A stretch of DNA of 40,802 nt from Candidatus Bathyarchaeota archaeon. Its GTDB lineage: Archaea > Thermoproteota > Bathyarchaeia > TCS64. A program made the translations under genes and the position numbers. Each line of letters begins with the position of its first letter. The first letter of the stretch is position 1. The notes under the pieces were generated by a model. It made no database searches. It saw only the letters and a program-made list of their open reading frames with translations, and was not told the DNA's origin. The stretch is from positions 1-40,802 of the forward strand of contig JASFTK010000003.1 of NCBI GenBank assembly GCA_050053595.1, in the 5' to 3' direction. This document shows, piece by piece, positions 9,610 through 18,963 of this stretch.

Positions 9610-9885
9610 ATGTCCGACAAGAACGTTGTTTACATTGGAAGCAAGCCGGTCATGAACTACTGCCTAGCGGTCCTCAGCTCACTCCAGGGACAAGGGAGCA
9701 CCGTCGTGTTGAAAGCTCGAGGAAGGGCTATCAGCTCCGCTGTCGATGTGGCAGAGGTCACCAAGAACAGATTCGTGGACGACCTCAATGTCCAGAGCAT
9801 CGAGATCGGTACTGAAGAACTGGAATCCCGTGAAGGGCAGAAGCGAAACGTGAGCACCATCTCGATAGTTCTCAAAAAGGGCTGA
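9610..9885 (+). CDS. albA: Chromatin/RNA-binding protein Alba
   Basis: YIGSKPVMNY, LKARGRAIS.AVDVAE, IEIGTEE, RNVSTISI. Confidence 0.97.
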   Translation: MSDKNVVYIGSKPVMNYCLAVLSSLQGQGSTVVLKARGRAISSAVDVAEVTKNRFVDDLNVQSIEIGTEELESREGQKRNVSTISIVLKKG

Positions 9886-10010
9886 TACACTCGAGATACG
9901 CTCGGGGCTTTCTAGACCTCGACTTCGCTGTGCAAAAGACCCAGTGGTTCCACCATAAACCCACTTTGAGCTATGTTTTATTACGAAGTTATTCTAAACT
10001 TAATTGCACA

Positions 10011-10607
10011 TCATTCCGCGTTGGCGTGCCTCTTTCTGAGTTCGAACTCTGTTACCCCCAGCCTCCGCATCAGGTCCGCTATCACTGAGTCAAGGAATAT
10101 CATGCATGAGAGCTCGAACATGGTACCGAGGGGCGCGTTGTCATACTCTCCCATGATCTGCCTCCGGTCATAGTCGAACACTTTGTCAATCTTTGTCCTC
10201 CCCTTGACCACAACGATCTCATCGGCTACCCCAGCAAGGGGGGAGTCAGGATGGGATGTGACGGCGATGACCTTTGACCCCACCTTTTTCGCGACTCTGG
10301 CCTGAGCGACGACGGTAGTAGTGGTCCCTGACCCCGAGAGAGCCAAGACTAGGTCCCCAGGGGTCAAGGCGGGGGTTATGGTCTCCCCGCTGACATAGAC
10401 GTTGAACCCCAGGTGCATGAGGCGTAAAGCGAAAGCCCGGCCGACGAAACCACTCCTACCTGAGCCCAGCAGCAATATCTTAAAGTCCTGATGGGCTATC
10501 AGTGTCTCAATCATATGCTGTATCTCCCCCTCCTCTATGGACTGGATGACGCTGCTGACGCCTGAGAGGAGCATCGATGAGATCTCTTTTACCACGCTCA
10601 TGCCCAA
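10011..10607 (-). CDS. hxlB: 6-phospho-3-hexuloisomerase (SIS domain)
   Basis: GSGRSG, AFALRLMHLG, GETITP, SGSGTT, APLGTMFE, C-terminal RHANAE. Confidence 0.92.
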   Translation of the reverse strand: MGMSVVKEISSMLLSGVSSVIQSIEEGEIQHMIETLIAHQDFKILLLGSGRSGFVGRAFALRLMHLGFNVYVSGETITPALTPGDLVLALSGSGTTTTVVAQARVAKKVGSKVIAVTSHPDSPLAGVADEIVVVKGRTKIDKVFDYDRRQIMGEYDNAPLGTMFELSCMIFLDSVIADLMRRLGVTEFELRKRHANAE

Positions 10608-10814
10608 CGATCACCAACACACCCTTTCCATATATGTAACTTATCAATGAGTAAACGTAAACTGAGGTGAGTGCATAGTACAATAAATATGAGTATATAC
10701 TATTTGTTCAAAACTCTTATTAGCAACTTAGAATTGATACAATACTCGACGGCTTCTAAACAATTATCGGGGCGAGAGACAAGCACAAATTGAGTGATGG
10801 CCCCCCCCCTCACA

Positions 10815-11873
10815 CTATTCGTCCTCTCTATCCTCATTGACATAACAGTAATCATTCTGGCCTTTCAGGATGTTGTCTATGACAATCTCAGCTATAGCTG
10901 CACTGTGCTCAGCGATTATCTTGAAGTCCCAGGCAATCTCGCTGACAGCCGCTGTCAACTCCGGGGAGCTCCCGTTCTGGAACCGCTTCATAAGGTTGTT
11001 CTCCTCGTGGTCGATGTTCTCATACAGGTCAGCTGAGTCACTGGCGACCGACATATCCCCCTCAAAAATGCTCTTGACGGCCTTGTCGAACATTGTTAAA
11101 GTCATCATCCCGATCTGGGTCAACCTCTCTATGAGACCGAGGTCCTGATCCTTCCGTATAGGTTGGAAATCGATTATCTTCTGGGCGATATCGTTCACCC
11201 GATCCCCGATCATCTCAAGATACCATGCTATGATATTATACTGGACAATATCTATAGGATCGGTGATTCCAATCCCCTCAGAGACGAGTCTGGACTGTTG
11301 AGCCGAGGCCAGTAGGCGAGCTAACAGCCAGTAGATGGTGTCAGCCTCATACTCGCGGGTTATGGCGTCCTTCGCCAGTTCCAGATCTCCGTCTATAAGG
11401 CTGTCCAAGACCTCCTTGAACATGATCGATGTGATTACATAGAGACGGCGTACAACGGTCTCCAAGGGGAAGGTATTTGGATCTATGGAGCATTGGAGGA
11501 GGAGGTGACGATCAGACTCTTCTATGATGCCGATACCCAGGAGCCCCTGGGTCACCTCCCTTATGACCTCGATCTGCTCCCTCATCAACCTCCTGCTGGA
11601 TTCGACCCTCAGTATGTTGCGGCCGAGGACATAATTCCCCACTATGACCCTCGCTAACGCCGTTGTGTTGTCACAGCGATCGACATCGACAATATATTCG
11701 ACATTATTCTCAGACCTTCCCTGTTTCGTAGCCAGCCTGAGTGCTCCATCGCTCTCCTCTGAGATGAATACCAAGTCCCCCTTCTTCACCCCGATCTTCT
11801 TTGCCCAGCTCATAGGGAGAGATACTGAGAGTGTAGAGTACCCGACTTTCTGTACTTTCCTGGTCTCAACCAT
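10815..11873 (-). CDS. AbrB-domain / PhoU-domain transcriptional regulator
   Basis: N-terminal ETRKVQKVG.STLSVSLP..W AbrB motif; two PhoU-like helical bundles (EYEAD...LEMIGD). Confidence 0.88.
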   Translation of the reverse strand: MVETRKVQKVGYSTLSVSLPMSWAKKIGVKKGDLVFISEESDGALRLATKQGRSENNVEYIVDVDRCDNTTALARVIVGNYVLGRNILRVESSRRLMREQIEVIREVTQGLLGIGIIEESDRHLLLQCSIDPNTFPLETVVRRLYVITSIMFKEVLDSLIDGDLELAKDAITREYEADTIYWLLARLLASAQQSRLVSEGIGITDPIDIVQYNIIAWYLEMIGDRVNDIAQKIIDFQPIRKDQDLGLIERLTQIGMMTLTMFDKAVKSIFEGDMSVASDSADLYENIDHEENNLMKRFQNGSSPELTAAVSEIAWDFKIIAEHSAAIAEIVIDNILKGQNDYCYVNEDREDE

Positions 11874-11886
11874 GGGATCACCAAAA

Positions 11887-11927
11887 TGTAATTATTAGTT
11901 CATGCGTATACTAATTTGTAATTATTA
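11887..11927. repeat. 11-bp direct repeat TGTAATTATTA x2 (30-bp period) upstream of the AbrB-PhoU gene
   Basis: Exact copies at 11887-11897 and 11917-11927. Confidence 0.7.
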
Positions 11928-11959
11928 AGCATTATGGGGTAACAAGGGTAACCCAGTTT

Positions 11960-12754
11960 TTATATAAGGGTGGCCGGGGGTAACAACGGCCCTGCAGGTG
12001 GCATTGTAAACCTGATATAAAGAATCAACGCAAGAGCGACCACAGTTATCATTAAAACAGCATAATCCTTGTCTTTCATCCTTAGCTCATAGAGATTAGT
12101 CCTCTCATCAGTAGCCCCAAAAGCCCTTGACTCCATTGCCTCAGCTAGCTCAAGGCTCCGTCTTATCGAGTTGATTATGAGGGGGAGAAGGACGGGTACA
12201 TATTTCCGTATCCTGACGAGGAAGCTCCCCTTGTCCAGTTCGAGGCCCCTTGACCTCTGGGCGTCCATGATGGCCTGCGCCTCGTCTGCAAGCACAGGGA
12301 CGAAGCGGATAGCCGTGATGAAGGCAAAATTGAACTCGAAGGGTATGCGGGCTTTCTCTAGGGCTAGGCTGAGGTTGTCTGGGGAGGTGGTGAGGAAGAA
12401 TAGGGAGAAGCTGGTTATGAGCACCAGGAACCGCAGGGTGATGGCGAGGGCGAACTCCAGGTTCTCAGTGGTGAGTGTGTGGCCCCTGAAGAAATAGATG
12501 GAAAGGAGGTTGGTGGCGAAGATGATGACGGCCAGCAGCATCGCACCTTTGAGGCTCTGAGCCCATTCCCTCTGGATCCTTGCCAATAAGATCAACGGTA
12601 TCTGGAGGATGAAGATGACGAGGAGAGGTGTCAGCTGGGTGTAGAGGACTGCGGTAACAAATATGACAACTGTCATCAGGAACTTTATCCTGGGGTCCAA
12701 GTCATGGATGGGAGAGTCCCCCCTGCTGAACCTCAGCCCCTCCAACAGACTCAA
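11960..12754 (-). CDS. ecfT: ECF transporter transmembrane component EcfT
   Basis: LDPRIK, AQRSRG and AMESRAF coupling motifs; hydrophobic helices. Confidence 0.93.
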   Translation of the reverse strand: MSLLEGLRFSRGDSPIHDLDPRIKFLMTVVIFVTAVLYTQLTPLLVIFILQIPLILLARIQREWAQSLKGAMLLAVIIFATNLLSIYFFRGHTLTTENLEFALAITLRFLVLITSFSLFFLTTSPDNLSLALEKARIPFEFNFAFITAIRFVPVLADEAQAIMDAQRSRGLELDKGSFLVRIRKYVPVLLPLIINSIRRSLELAEAMESRAFGATDERTNLYELRMKDKDYAVLMITVVALALILYIRFTMPPAGPLLPPATLI

Positions 12755-14490
12755 CCCGGCACCTCCATCTGGCCTACGAGAAGCTCAACTGCCTCATCGA
12801 CATCGACCACATCCGGTGGGAGCCCGTATCTAGAAAGCTCTCTGAAGACCTTGGTTATCTCGGGGGGTGATACTGACGCCTCCTCCAACGCCTGTATATC
12901 GGTCATTATCTCTTTGGTGCTGCCGTCGGCGATGATCCTTCCGTCGGCCATAAGTACGATCCTGGGTTGGCACTCAGCGACGAACTCGACGTCGTGGGTT
13001 ACTATAATGGTGGTCTTGCCTTGGGATCTGAGCTGCATCAGGAAGTGTCTCAGCCTCTCCTTCTGAGCGTAGTCCTGTCCGATGGTGGGTTCATCCAAGA
13101 CGACGACCTCTGGATCCCATGCGAGGACCGAGGCGAGGGCCACCCTCTTCCTCTCCCCCCCGCTCAGGATGAAGGGGCTCGACCTCCTGTATCTCCCAAT
13201 ATCCAACAGGTTGAGCGCCCAATCCACCCTCTTAGTTATCACATCACCCTCGAATCCAAAGTTGTTTAGAGCGAAGCGGACCTCAGCCTCGACATTCTCT
13301 GAGAACAGCTGGTCGTCAGGATTCTGGAATACCAAGCCAACTCGACGAGCGAGGGCCGCGATACTCTCATTGATCACATCCGCGCCATCAATGAGGACTC
13401 TTCCCTTCTGGGGTCTAAGAAGACCATTCAGATGCTTCACCAGCGTGGTCTTGCCGGCGCCGTTCTCCCCCATTATCGCCAGGAACTCGCCTTTATGAAC
13501 AGTCAGGGAGACATCTCGGAGGGCCTGGATACCGCTCGGATACGAGAACGAGACATCTTCTACACCGATAATAGGATGGAGGGGATTCTCCCCCTTTATG
13601 CCATCGAGACACTGAGGTGGGGTCTTGGCTTCTGCTTCCCTCTTTGGCTTGGAGCTGTCCAGGATGATATTTTCTAGGAACCTTTCAGGAGAGAGGGGGA
13701 CCTTGTTGAACTGAAAGCCTCTCTCCCTTAGCTTCTTTGTGAGTTCCACAAGTTTCGGGATCCCTACCCCTGCAAGACGGGTGTTTTCGTGGAGGAATAC
13801 ATCCTCAGGGGGCCCTACGTTCTCTATTACCCCATCCCTTATGATGACGACCTTGTCGACAAACTTCGCCGCTAGGTCGACCCTGTGCTCTATAAGGATG
13901 ACCGTTATACCGTGTTCCTTGTTCAGTTGATCGAGCACCCTGAAAGTGCGTTCGGCGCCGATGGGATCGAGGAAAGAGGTCGGCTCATCCATCACAAGGA
14001 TCCTGGGCCTCATGGCAAGTATAGACGCTATAGCCAGCCTCTGTTTCTGCCCCCCCGAGAGTTCATGGGTGCCCCGGTCCCGGAGGTAGCCTATCCCCGT
14101 CGCCTCAAGAGCCCAGTCAATGTCCCCCCTCATCCTCTCTTTCGGGATGCTGAGGTTTTCAAGGCCAAAGGCAACATCTTTCTCTACGGTGAGTGCAAAT
14201 ATCTGGTTGTCTGGGTTCTGGAAGATTAGGCCTACATGGAGGGCCATCTTAGATGTGGGATGATCCCTGATATTGAGACCGTTGACGGTCACCTCGCCCT
14301 CAAGTTTCCCGCCATAGAAATGGGGGATCAGTCCGTTGAGGCATCGGCTGAGGGTGGTCTTACCACAGCCACTGGGCCCAGTGAGAAGGATAAACTCCCC
14401 AGCATCGATAGTGAGATCTACGCCATTCAGCGCAGGAGACTCGGCATTGGGGTATGCGTAACTGAGACCCTCAACCTCGATTATACCCAA
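12751..14490 (-). CDS. ecfA: ECF transporter fused double ATPase (EcfA-EcfA')
   Basis: Two ABC cassettes: GPSGCGKT / FQNPD / LSGGQKQR / DEP and GENGAGKT / FQNPD / LSGGERKR / DEP. Confidence 0.93.
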   Translation of the reverse strand: MGIIEVEGLSYAYPNAESPALNGVDLTIDAGEFILLTGPSGCGKTTLSRCLNGLIPHFYGGKLEGEVTVNGLNIRDHPTSKMALHVGLIFQNPDNQIFALTVEKDVAFGLENLSIPKERMRGDIDWALEATGIGYLRDRGTHELSGGQKQRLAIASILAMRPRILVMDEPTSFLDPIGAERTFRVLDQLNKEHGITVILIEHRVDLAAKFVDKVVIIRDGVIENVGPPEDVFLHENTRLAGVGIPKLVELTKKLRERGFQFNKVPLSPERFLENIILDSSKPKREAEAKTPPQCLDGIKGENPLHPIIGVEDVSFSYPSGIQALRDVSLTVHKGEFLAIMGENGAGKTTLVKHLNGLLRPQKGRVLIDGADVINESIAALARRVGLVFQNPDDQLFSENVEAEVRFALNNFGFEGDVITKRVDWALNLLDIGRYRRSSPFILSGGERKRVALASVLAWDPEVVVLDEPTIGQDYAQKERLRHFLMQLRSQGKTTIIVTHDVEFVAECQPRIVLMADGRIIADGSTKEIMTDIQALEEASVSPPEITKVFRELSRYGLPPDVVDVDEAVELLVGQMEVPG

Positions 14491-14613
14491 AGTCCTCTCT
14501 CCTTCTGGGAAACGGATTCTGTTTAAATGGATTCGCGATCAATATAATAGTTATATCTATAATAAGTCACCAAAACTACAGACCTAACCAACATAATTGA
14601 CATGCCAGACAAA

Positions 14614-15603
14614 CTATCCTCCAACCCGTTCCCTTACCAGAGAGGCAGCCCTTATCAAGAACCCCTGTAGATCGCCCTCGCAGTTGACCCCCGCTGCCGT
14701 TGGATGGCCGCTCCCCGATCCACTGAACTCAGAACCGAGGATCTGAGCTATCTCTCCCAGATGGACTGAAGTCCCTCTGTAGAACCGGTCAGAGGACCTG
14801 AGGCTGGCTATAAGCTTCCCTTTCTTGCAACTACACACGATCGAGACATCGGCTCCGAGAGAGATCATGGACCTCGCCGCTGAAGCTTGGAAAGAGCTCA
14901 GATGGGAGGTCACTATGGTCCAATCATCTATATAATGGAGCTGCATCCTCTGAGCAGCTTTTAATCTGGCTATCTTTTCGGATCTATCCCGGTCTCTGAA
15001 GAGCATGGAGAGGATATCCCCAAGGGACCCGTCTATCTCTAAGAGCGTAGAAGCGGCGTTCAGGGTCCTTGGTGTCGCTATAGAGAAGTGCCGGGAATCA
15101 TAGGTGATACCGAGCAATAGTGCTTTTGCTACGGGGGGCGACGGTATGATCCCGTATCCCTCATACAAGTAATGCACCAATTCGCATGTCGAGGTCGCCG
15201 ACTCATCAACAAAGAGGAGGGATGCGATCTCTAATACTTCTCTGTGGGGTTTATGGTGGTCTATGAACACGAGTTGGGTGCTTGAATTTCTGACCGCGTC
15301 TGCCCAGCCCCCCAACTGGTTCAGAGTTGCCGTGTCCAGCATCACCAATGTATCATAATCGTCCAAGGAGACCCCCATTTCAACTCTGATCCCCATAGTC
15401 TTCATGATGTCCCTACTGAGACCACTTGCACCTCCTGGTAGGAAAATACTGGCTTTGGCCGAAGGATCCAGAGCCTCAGCAAGTTTCTGGAACCCCCAGG
15501 CTGAGCAGACTGAGTCGGGATCAGCATTGTGATGACCGAGGAGGAGAGTGCTCTCACTGAGCATCTCTCTCAGCCTTTCAAAGTCAAAATCCGCGGGCTC
15601 CAA
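14614..15603 (-). CDS. DHH family phosphoesterase with DHHA1 domain
   Basis: HHNADPD, LDT, IDHH, YDS and GSGSGHPTAAG motifs. Confidence 0.92.
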   Translation of the reverse strand: MEPADFDFERLREMLSESTLLLGHHNADPDSVCSAWGFQKLAEALDPSAKASIFLPGGASGLSRDIMKTMGIRVEMGVSLDDYDTLVMLDTATLNQLGGWADAVRNSSTQLVFIDHHKPHREVLEIASLLFVDESATSTCELVHYLYEGYGIIPSPPVAKALLLGITYDSRHFSIATPRTLNAASTLLEIDGSLGDILSMLFRDRDRSEKIARLKAAQRMQLHYIDDWTIVTSHLSSFQASAARSMISLGADVSIVCSCKKGKLIASLRSSDRFYRGTSVHLGEIAQILGSEFSGSGSGHPTAAGVNCEGDLQGFLIRAASLVRERVGG

Positions 15604-15692
15604 TTCAACAAAGTATTGATTTGAGATATTAATATAGAAACCGAAGTCGGGCGATTTTTAAACCCAGCCAGCGGATCTTATCCCTGAGTAGC

Positions 15693-16418
15693 ATGGCTGA
15701 GAGTGTCGAGATCGTTGAGGTCACCCCGGTGAGGAAGAACAATCCCACTGTCGTGACGGGGTTCACGGGCTCTGGATTCATCGGGAATACAGCCCTGATG
15801 TACATTATACGCCAGAAGAGGTTCCCCCTTAGAGCCACGGTGAAATCCCACCTGATCCCGCCTATGATGCTCCTGATCGAGGGCAAACCCACCCCGGTCT
15901 TCAGGATCTACAGCGATGAGAAGGGCAAAGTCTTGTACGTACTATCGGAGGCCCTGATCTCAGCGGAGAACGCATGGACTATTGGTATCGAGCTCATTAA
16001 ATGGTTCAGGAGCAAGGGGGTCAAGGAGTTCATCTTCTTGGATGGGATGCCGTTCTCAGTCACAGGTCCCGAGAGGCCTGTTTTCGGCTTCACCACAACA
16101 GGGGAAAAATTGGAGAAATACGGTGTGAAACCCACTAATGAAGGCGGGATATCAGGACTAAACGCAGTCCTACTCGATAGAGCCCTAGAATACGAGATAC
16201 CGTGGACCACCTTCCTAGTGCCCACATCCCAGTCGCAGATGGTTGACTATGGTGGAGCGGCTGTGGCGATCGAGGTCCTCAACAAGATTTTCAAGCTCGG
16301 CGTCAACACGGAGCCACTGAAAAAGAGCAATGAGTTCAGGAGAAAGATGATGGGAAAGGACAGGAGAGAGAAAAGGGGTTTTCTGGACTCCTTACGCAAG
16401 AGAAGGTCAGGGACTTAA
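15693..16418 (+). CDS. PAC2-family proteasome assembly chaperone-like protein
   Basis: VTGFTGSGFIG, PVFRIY, ISGLNAVLL, DYGGAA..IEVL family pattern. Confidence 0.85.
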   Translation: MAESVEIVEVTPVRKNNPTVVTGFTGSGFIGNTALMYIIRQKRFPLRATVKSHLIPPMMLLIEGKPTPVFRIYSDEKGKVLYVLSEALISAENAWTIGIELIKWFRSKGVKEFIFLDGMPFSVTGPERPVFGFTTTGEKLEKYGVKPTNEGGISGLNAVLLDRALEYEIPWTTFLVPTSQSQMVDYGGAAVAIEVLNKIFKLGVNTEPLKKSNEFRRKMMGKDRREKRGFLDSLRKRRSGT

Positions 16419-16763
16419 GTTCAACTCTTTCTGGAGGCTCTCCTGTAGATCGCTCAACCTCTTCCGTGTGTTGTTCTCCTGTTTCGTCAGTACCTTAGCC
16501 CTCATCTCGAGGAATCCCAGTCGTTCCTCAAGTTCCTCCACGACCTCATCTTTTTCCTTCTCGACCATGATAGCCCCGGATGATTTGTAGACTTTCTTAC
16601 GTGAAGGGAGGTCTTCTAAGACCTTCAGTGCTCTCTCAGACTCGTTCCTCTCGAGATCGAGCCTCTGTTTCTGGATGACCAGTTGCTGTAATGTGTTCTG
16701 AAGCTGCTGTAGACGGCCCAGTTTCTCTTGGACTTTCGGCGGGAGCTGACTTGTGCCCGACAT
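16407..16763 (-). CDS. pfdB: Prefoldin beta subunit
   Basis: LPPKVQ, coiled coils flanking the VYKSSGAIMV hairpin; superoperon context. Confidence 0.95.
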   Translation of the reverse strand: MSGTSQLPPKVQEKLGRLQQLQNTLQQLVIQKQRLDLERNESERALKVLEDLPSRKKVYKSSGAIMVEKEKDEVVEELEERLGFLEMRAKVLTKQENNTRKRLSDLQESLQKELNLSP

Positions 16764-16796
16764 AATACTTCCTCGTTAACCATTACAAACCAAGGT

Positions 16797-17066
16797 TTAA
16801 CCTTTCTGGCTATCGCTGACAGTCTCAATAACATCGAGGACCGCATTCACCCACCTGAGATAGCTGTTCAGGGCCGCCCTCAATGCTGATATGTCCGTGG
16901 CCTCGATGTTAATGATAATCTCTCCTTTCCCTGTCTCAACCTTCAACCTTGACCGATCCGAGGCCAGCCGTTCTACCTCCGGGAGCAAGGATCCTTCAAT
17001 GATCCCGACGAGGCCATCTGGTACTCTCATTGAAACACTGGAGTGAACCGATCTCACGAGGGACAT
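16797..17066 (-). CDS. pcc1: KEOPS complex subunit Pcc1
   Basis: SLLPE...RS...IEATDISALRAALNSYLRW motif; ATG 17066 preferred. Confidence 0.9.
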   Translation of the reverse strand: MSLVRSVHSSVSMRVPDGLVGIIEGSLLPEVERLASDRSRLKVETGKGEIIINIEATDISALRAALNSYLRWVNAVLDVIETVSDSQKG

Positions 17067-17114
17067 TTTACACACTTGTATCTGGGGCTAGTTTAAATAA
17101 GGGATAGTGGATCC

Positions 17115-17363
17115 TCAGCGGATCCTGTGGGAGGCTTGACCAACTCTGGTTGTGGGCTGATACGCCCCGCCTGTAAACCTTAGGCCGCATTTGCTGCAGT
17201 CCCAGATGCCTATACTGTCCCTCTTCACCGAGGGACTGGCGCACCGGGGACATTTGTGGCTCTTCTGCTTCTCAGTTGTGATACGGGACCACTGCTTACG
17301 GATGGACAGACCGCCCCTGGTCCTGAGCCTTGAGCCGTAGCCTTTCCTCTTCTTCCTTGGCAT
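17115..17363 (-). CDS. rpl37ae: 50S ribosomal protein L37Ae (eL43)
   Basis: CPRC...VKR..IGIW.CSKCG..FTGGAY zinc finger. Confidence 0.95.
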   Translation of the reverse strand: MPRKKRKGYGSRLRTRGGLSIRKQWSRITTEKQKSHKCPRCASPSVKRDSIGIWDCSKCGLRFTGGAYQPTTRVGQASHRIR

Positions 17364-18169
17364 CACCCGTTCTCCTCTAGGTACTTCCGGAGTTCGGCCT
17401 CCTTTGCTGTGGCTAACTCAATAGAGTTCTTAAGCTCTTCAATGGTGAAGCCGTCGGCTCCGCCTTTCTGTATGGTGCAGATGTTCCCCTCCTCATCGAA
17501 GGTCACCGTGATTCTTGCATCCATGACATCCTCCTCGTCTGCAGTCGGGTCGGCTATCACGTTTTCCCCGATCTTTGTCAGTGTCACTGAGATTGGATGT
17601 TTTTTCAGCTTCAAGGCCTGGGTCTTCTCGGTCAGCTCTATCTCTCCGTCTTTAACCTTGTGCACAGGTCTCTCTGTGGTCATCAGTGCAGCCATTGCGG
17701 CAAGGGCTGCTGCATCAAATAGATTTCCATCGTAGCTCAATACATAGATGTCGACGAAGACCATGTAGACCTTGCTACCTTCGATTAAGCACAGCTTCTC
17801 AAAGTCCAAGATCTCAGCCGACCGGATGCCCCGGTCCACCACCCTGGCGAGCTCGATTGAGTCTTCTCTTGGGGGACCCGGTTCGAAGGTCGGGTGGGCA
17901 ATGGGGGTGAACTCGGCGTTGCATATCAGAACCCCCTTCCCTGGGGTATCTCCGAAGGGTCTGCCGATGTCGACGCTTATGCCGATGAGCACACGGCTCT
18001 TACCGATCTCGACCTCGGCTGAGCCTACTGCTTTTTCCATGACCCCTGTTTTAAGGGTGATATCCCTGTATTCGTCTAAAGCCCTCCCATCCATTCTTTT
18101 CCCGGATCGGAGGACCTCGTGGATCTTCTTCCGCTTAAGCCTTGAGACTATTCCATATCTGCCTGACAT
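17363..18169 (-). CDS. rrp42: Exosome complex component Rrp42
   Basis: RMDGR, FEPGPP, ELARVVDRGIR, DGNLFDA, QKGG. Confidence 0.96.
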   Translation of the reverse strand: MSGRYGIVSRLKRKKIHEVLRSGKRMDGRALDEYRDITLKTGVMEKAVGSAEVEIGKSRVLIGISVDIGRPFGDTPGKGVLICNAEFTPIAHPTFEPGPPREDSIELARVVDRGIRSAEILDFEKLCLIEGSKVYMVFVDIYVLSYDGNLFDAAALAAMAALMTTERPVHKVKDGEIELTEKTQALKLKKHPISVTLTKIGENVIADPTADEEDVMDARITVTFDEEGNICTIQKGGADGFTIEELKNSIELATAKEAELRKYLEENG

Positions 18170-18963
18170 TATTCCTCGTCCTCCTCATTCTCCTCTTCTA
18201 AGCCATACTTTTTCTTGAGTGTCTCGCGCTGCATCTCATTGATCTGTTTACATCCCTCAACGGCAAGCTCTACACACTCCTGGAAAACTTCAGGGTCCAG
18301 AACCCCGTCCATCTGCAACAGGGTTATCTTCTCCATCTTGTTCATCCAAGCCACCGGGATGTCTGCCTCGCCCTCCTTGTCCTCATAGTCCCCGAGATCT
18401 AATATTGTCTGTCCATCCATCTTGCCAGCGGCACAGGACGAGACCAGGTCCTTCATGGGAATACCTGCGTCGACGAGAGCGACTGTAGCTGCGTTAATGC
18501 ATGCGGTCCGCGTCCCTCCGTCGGCCTGTAGAACCTCGGCGTAGACGTCAATAACTGATCTCGGATACCTGTCCAAGAAAATGGCGGGTTCCAGCGCCCA
18601 GGTCATGACCATCCCTATCTCCCTGTCTCTCCTGGAGGGGCCTGGAGACCTCCTAGGATGTACTGAGAAGGGGGACATGTGATATCTGCATCTGAGGACT
18701 GCCCTATCGGGCTTTGAGAACCTCTTGGGATGCATCTCCCTGGGTCCGAAGACGCCCACTATGACCTTGTTCCGGCCCATCTCTATATAGGCGGAACCGT
18801 CAGCGAAGGGGAGGACGCCACTCTCAATCTTGATCTCCCTGAGCTCTTTAGCCTTCCTCCCGTCAAATCTTTTCTTGGATTTCTTGGTCTTCTTCTTTGA
18901 TTTTTTCTTATTCTTAGATTTCTTCTTACTCTTGCTCTTCTTCTTACTATTACTCTTACTCAT
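18169..18963 (-). CDS. rrp41: Exosome complex exonuclease Rrp41 with a Lys-rich N-terminal extension
   Basis: RFDGR, GSAY, GPRE.HP, ADGGTR, EDKEGEAD catalytic motif, LLQMDG. Confidence 0.96.
   Translation of the reverse strand: MSKSNSKKKSKSKKKSKNKKKSKKKTKKSKKRFDGRKAKELREIKIESGVLPFADGSAYIEMGRNKVIVGVFGPREMHPKRFSKPDRAVLRCRYHMSPFSVHPRRSPGPSRRDREIGMVMTWALEPAIFLDRYPRSVIDVYAEVLQADGGTRTACINAATVALVDAGIPMKDLVSSCAAGKMDGQTILDLGDYEDKEGEADIPVAWMNKMEKITLLQMDGVLDPEVFQECVELAVEGCKQINEMQRETLKKKYGLEEENEEDEE

Noticed and set aside
10692-10701. Palindrome AGTATATACT upstream of hxlB
   Set aside because: A single short AT-rich palindrome, expected by chance.
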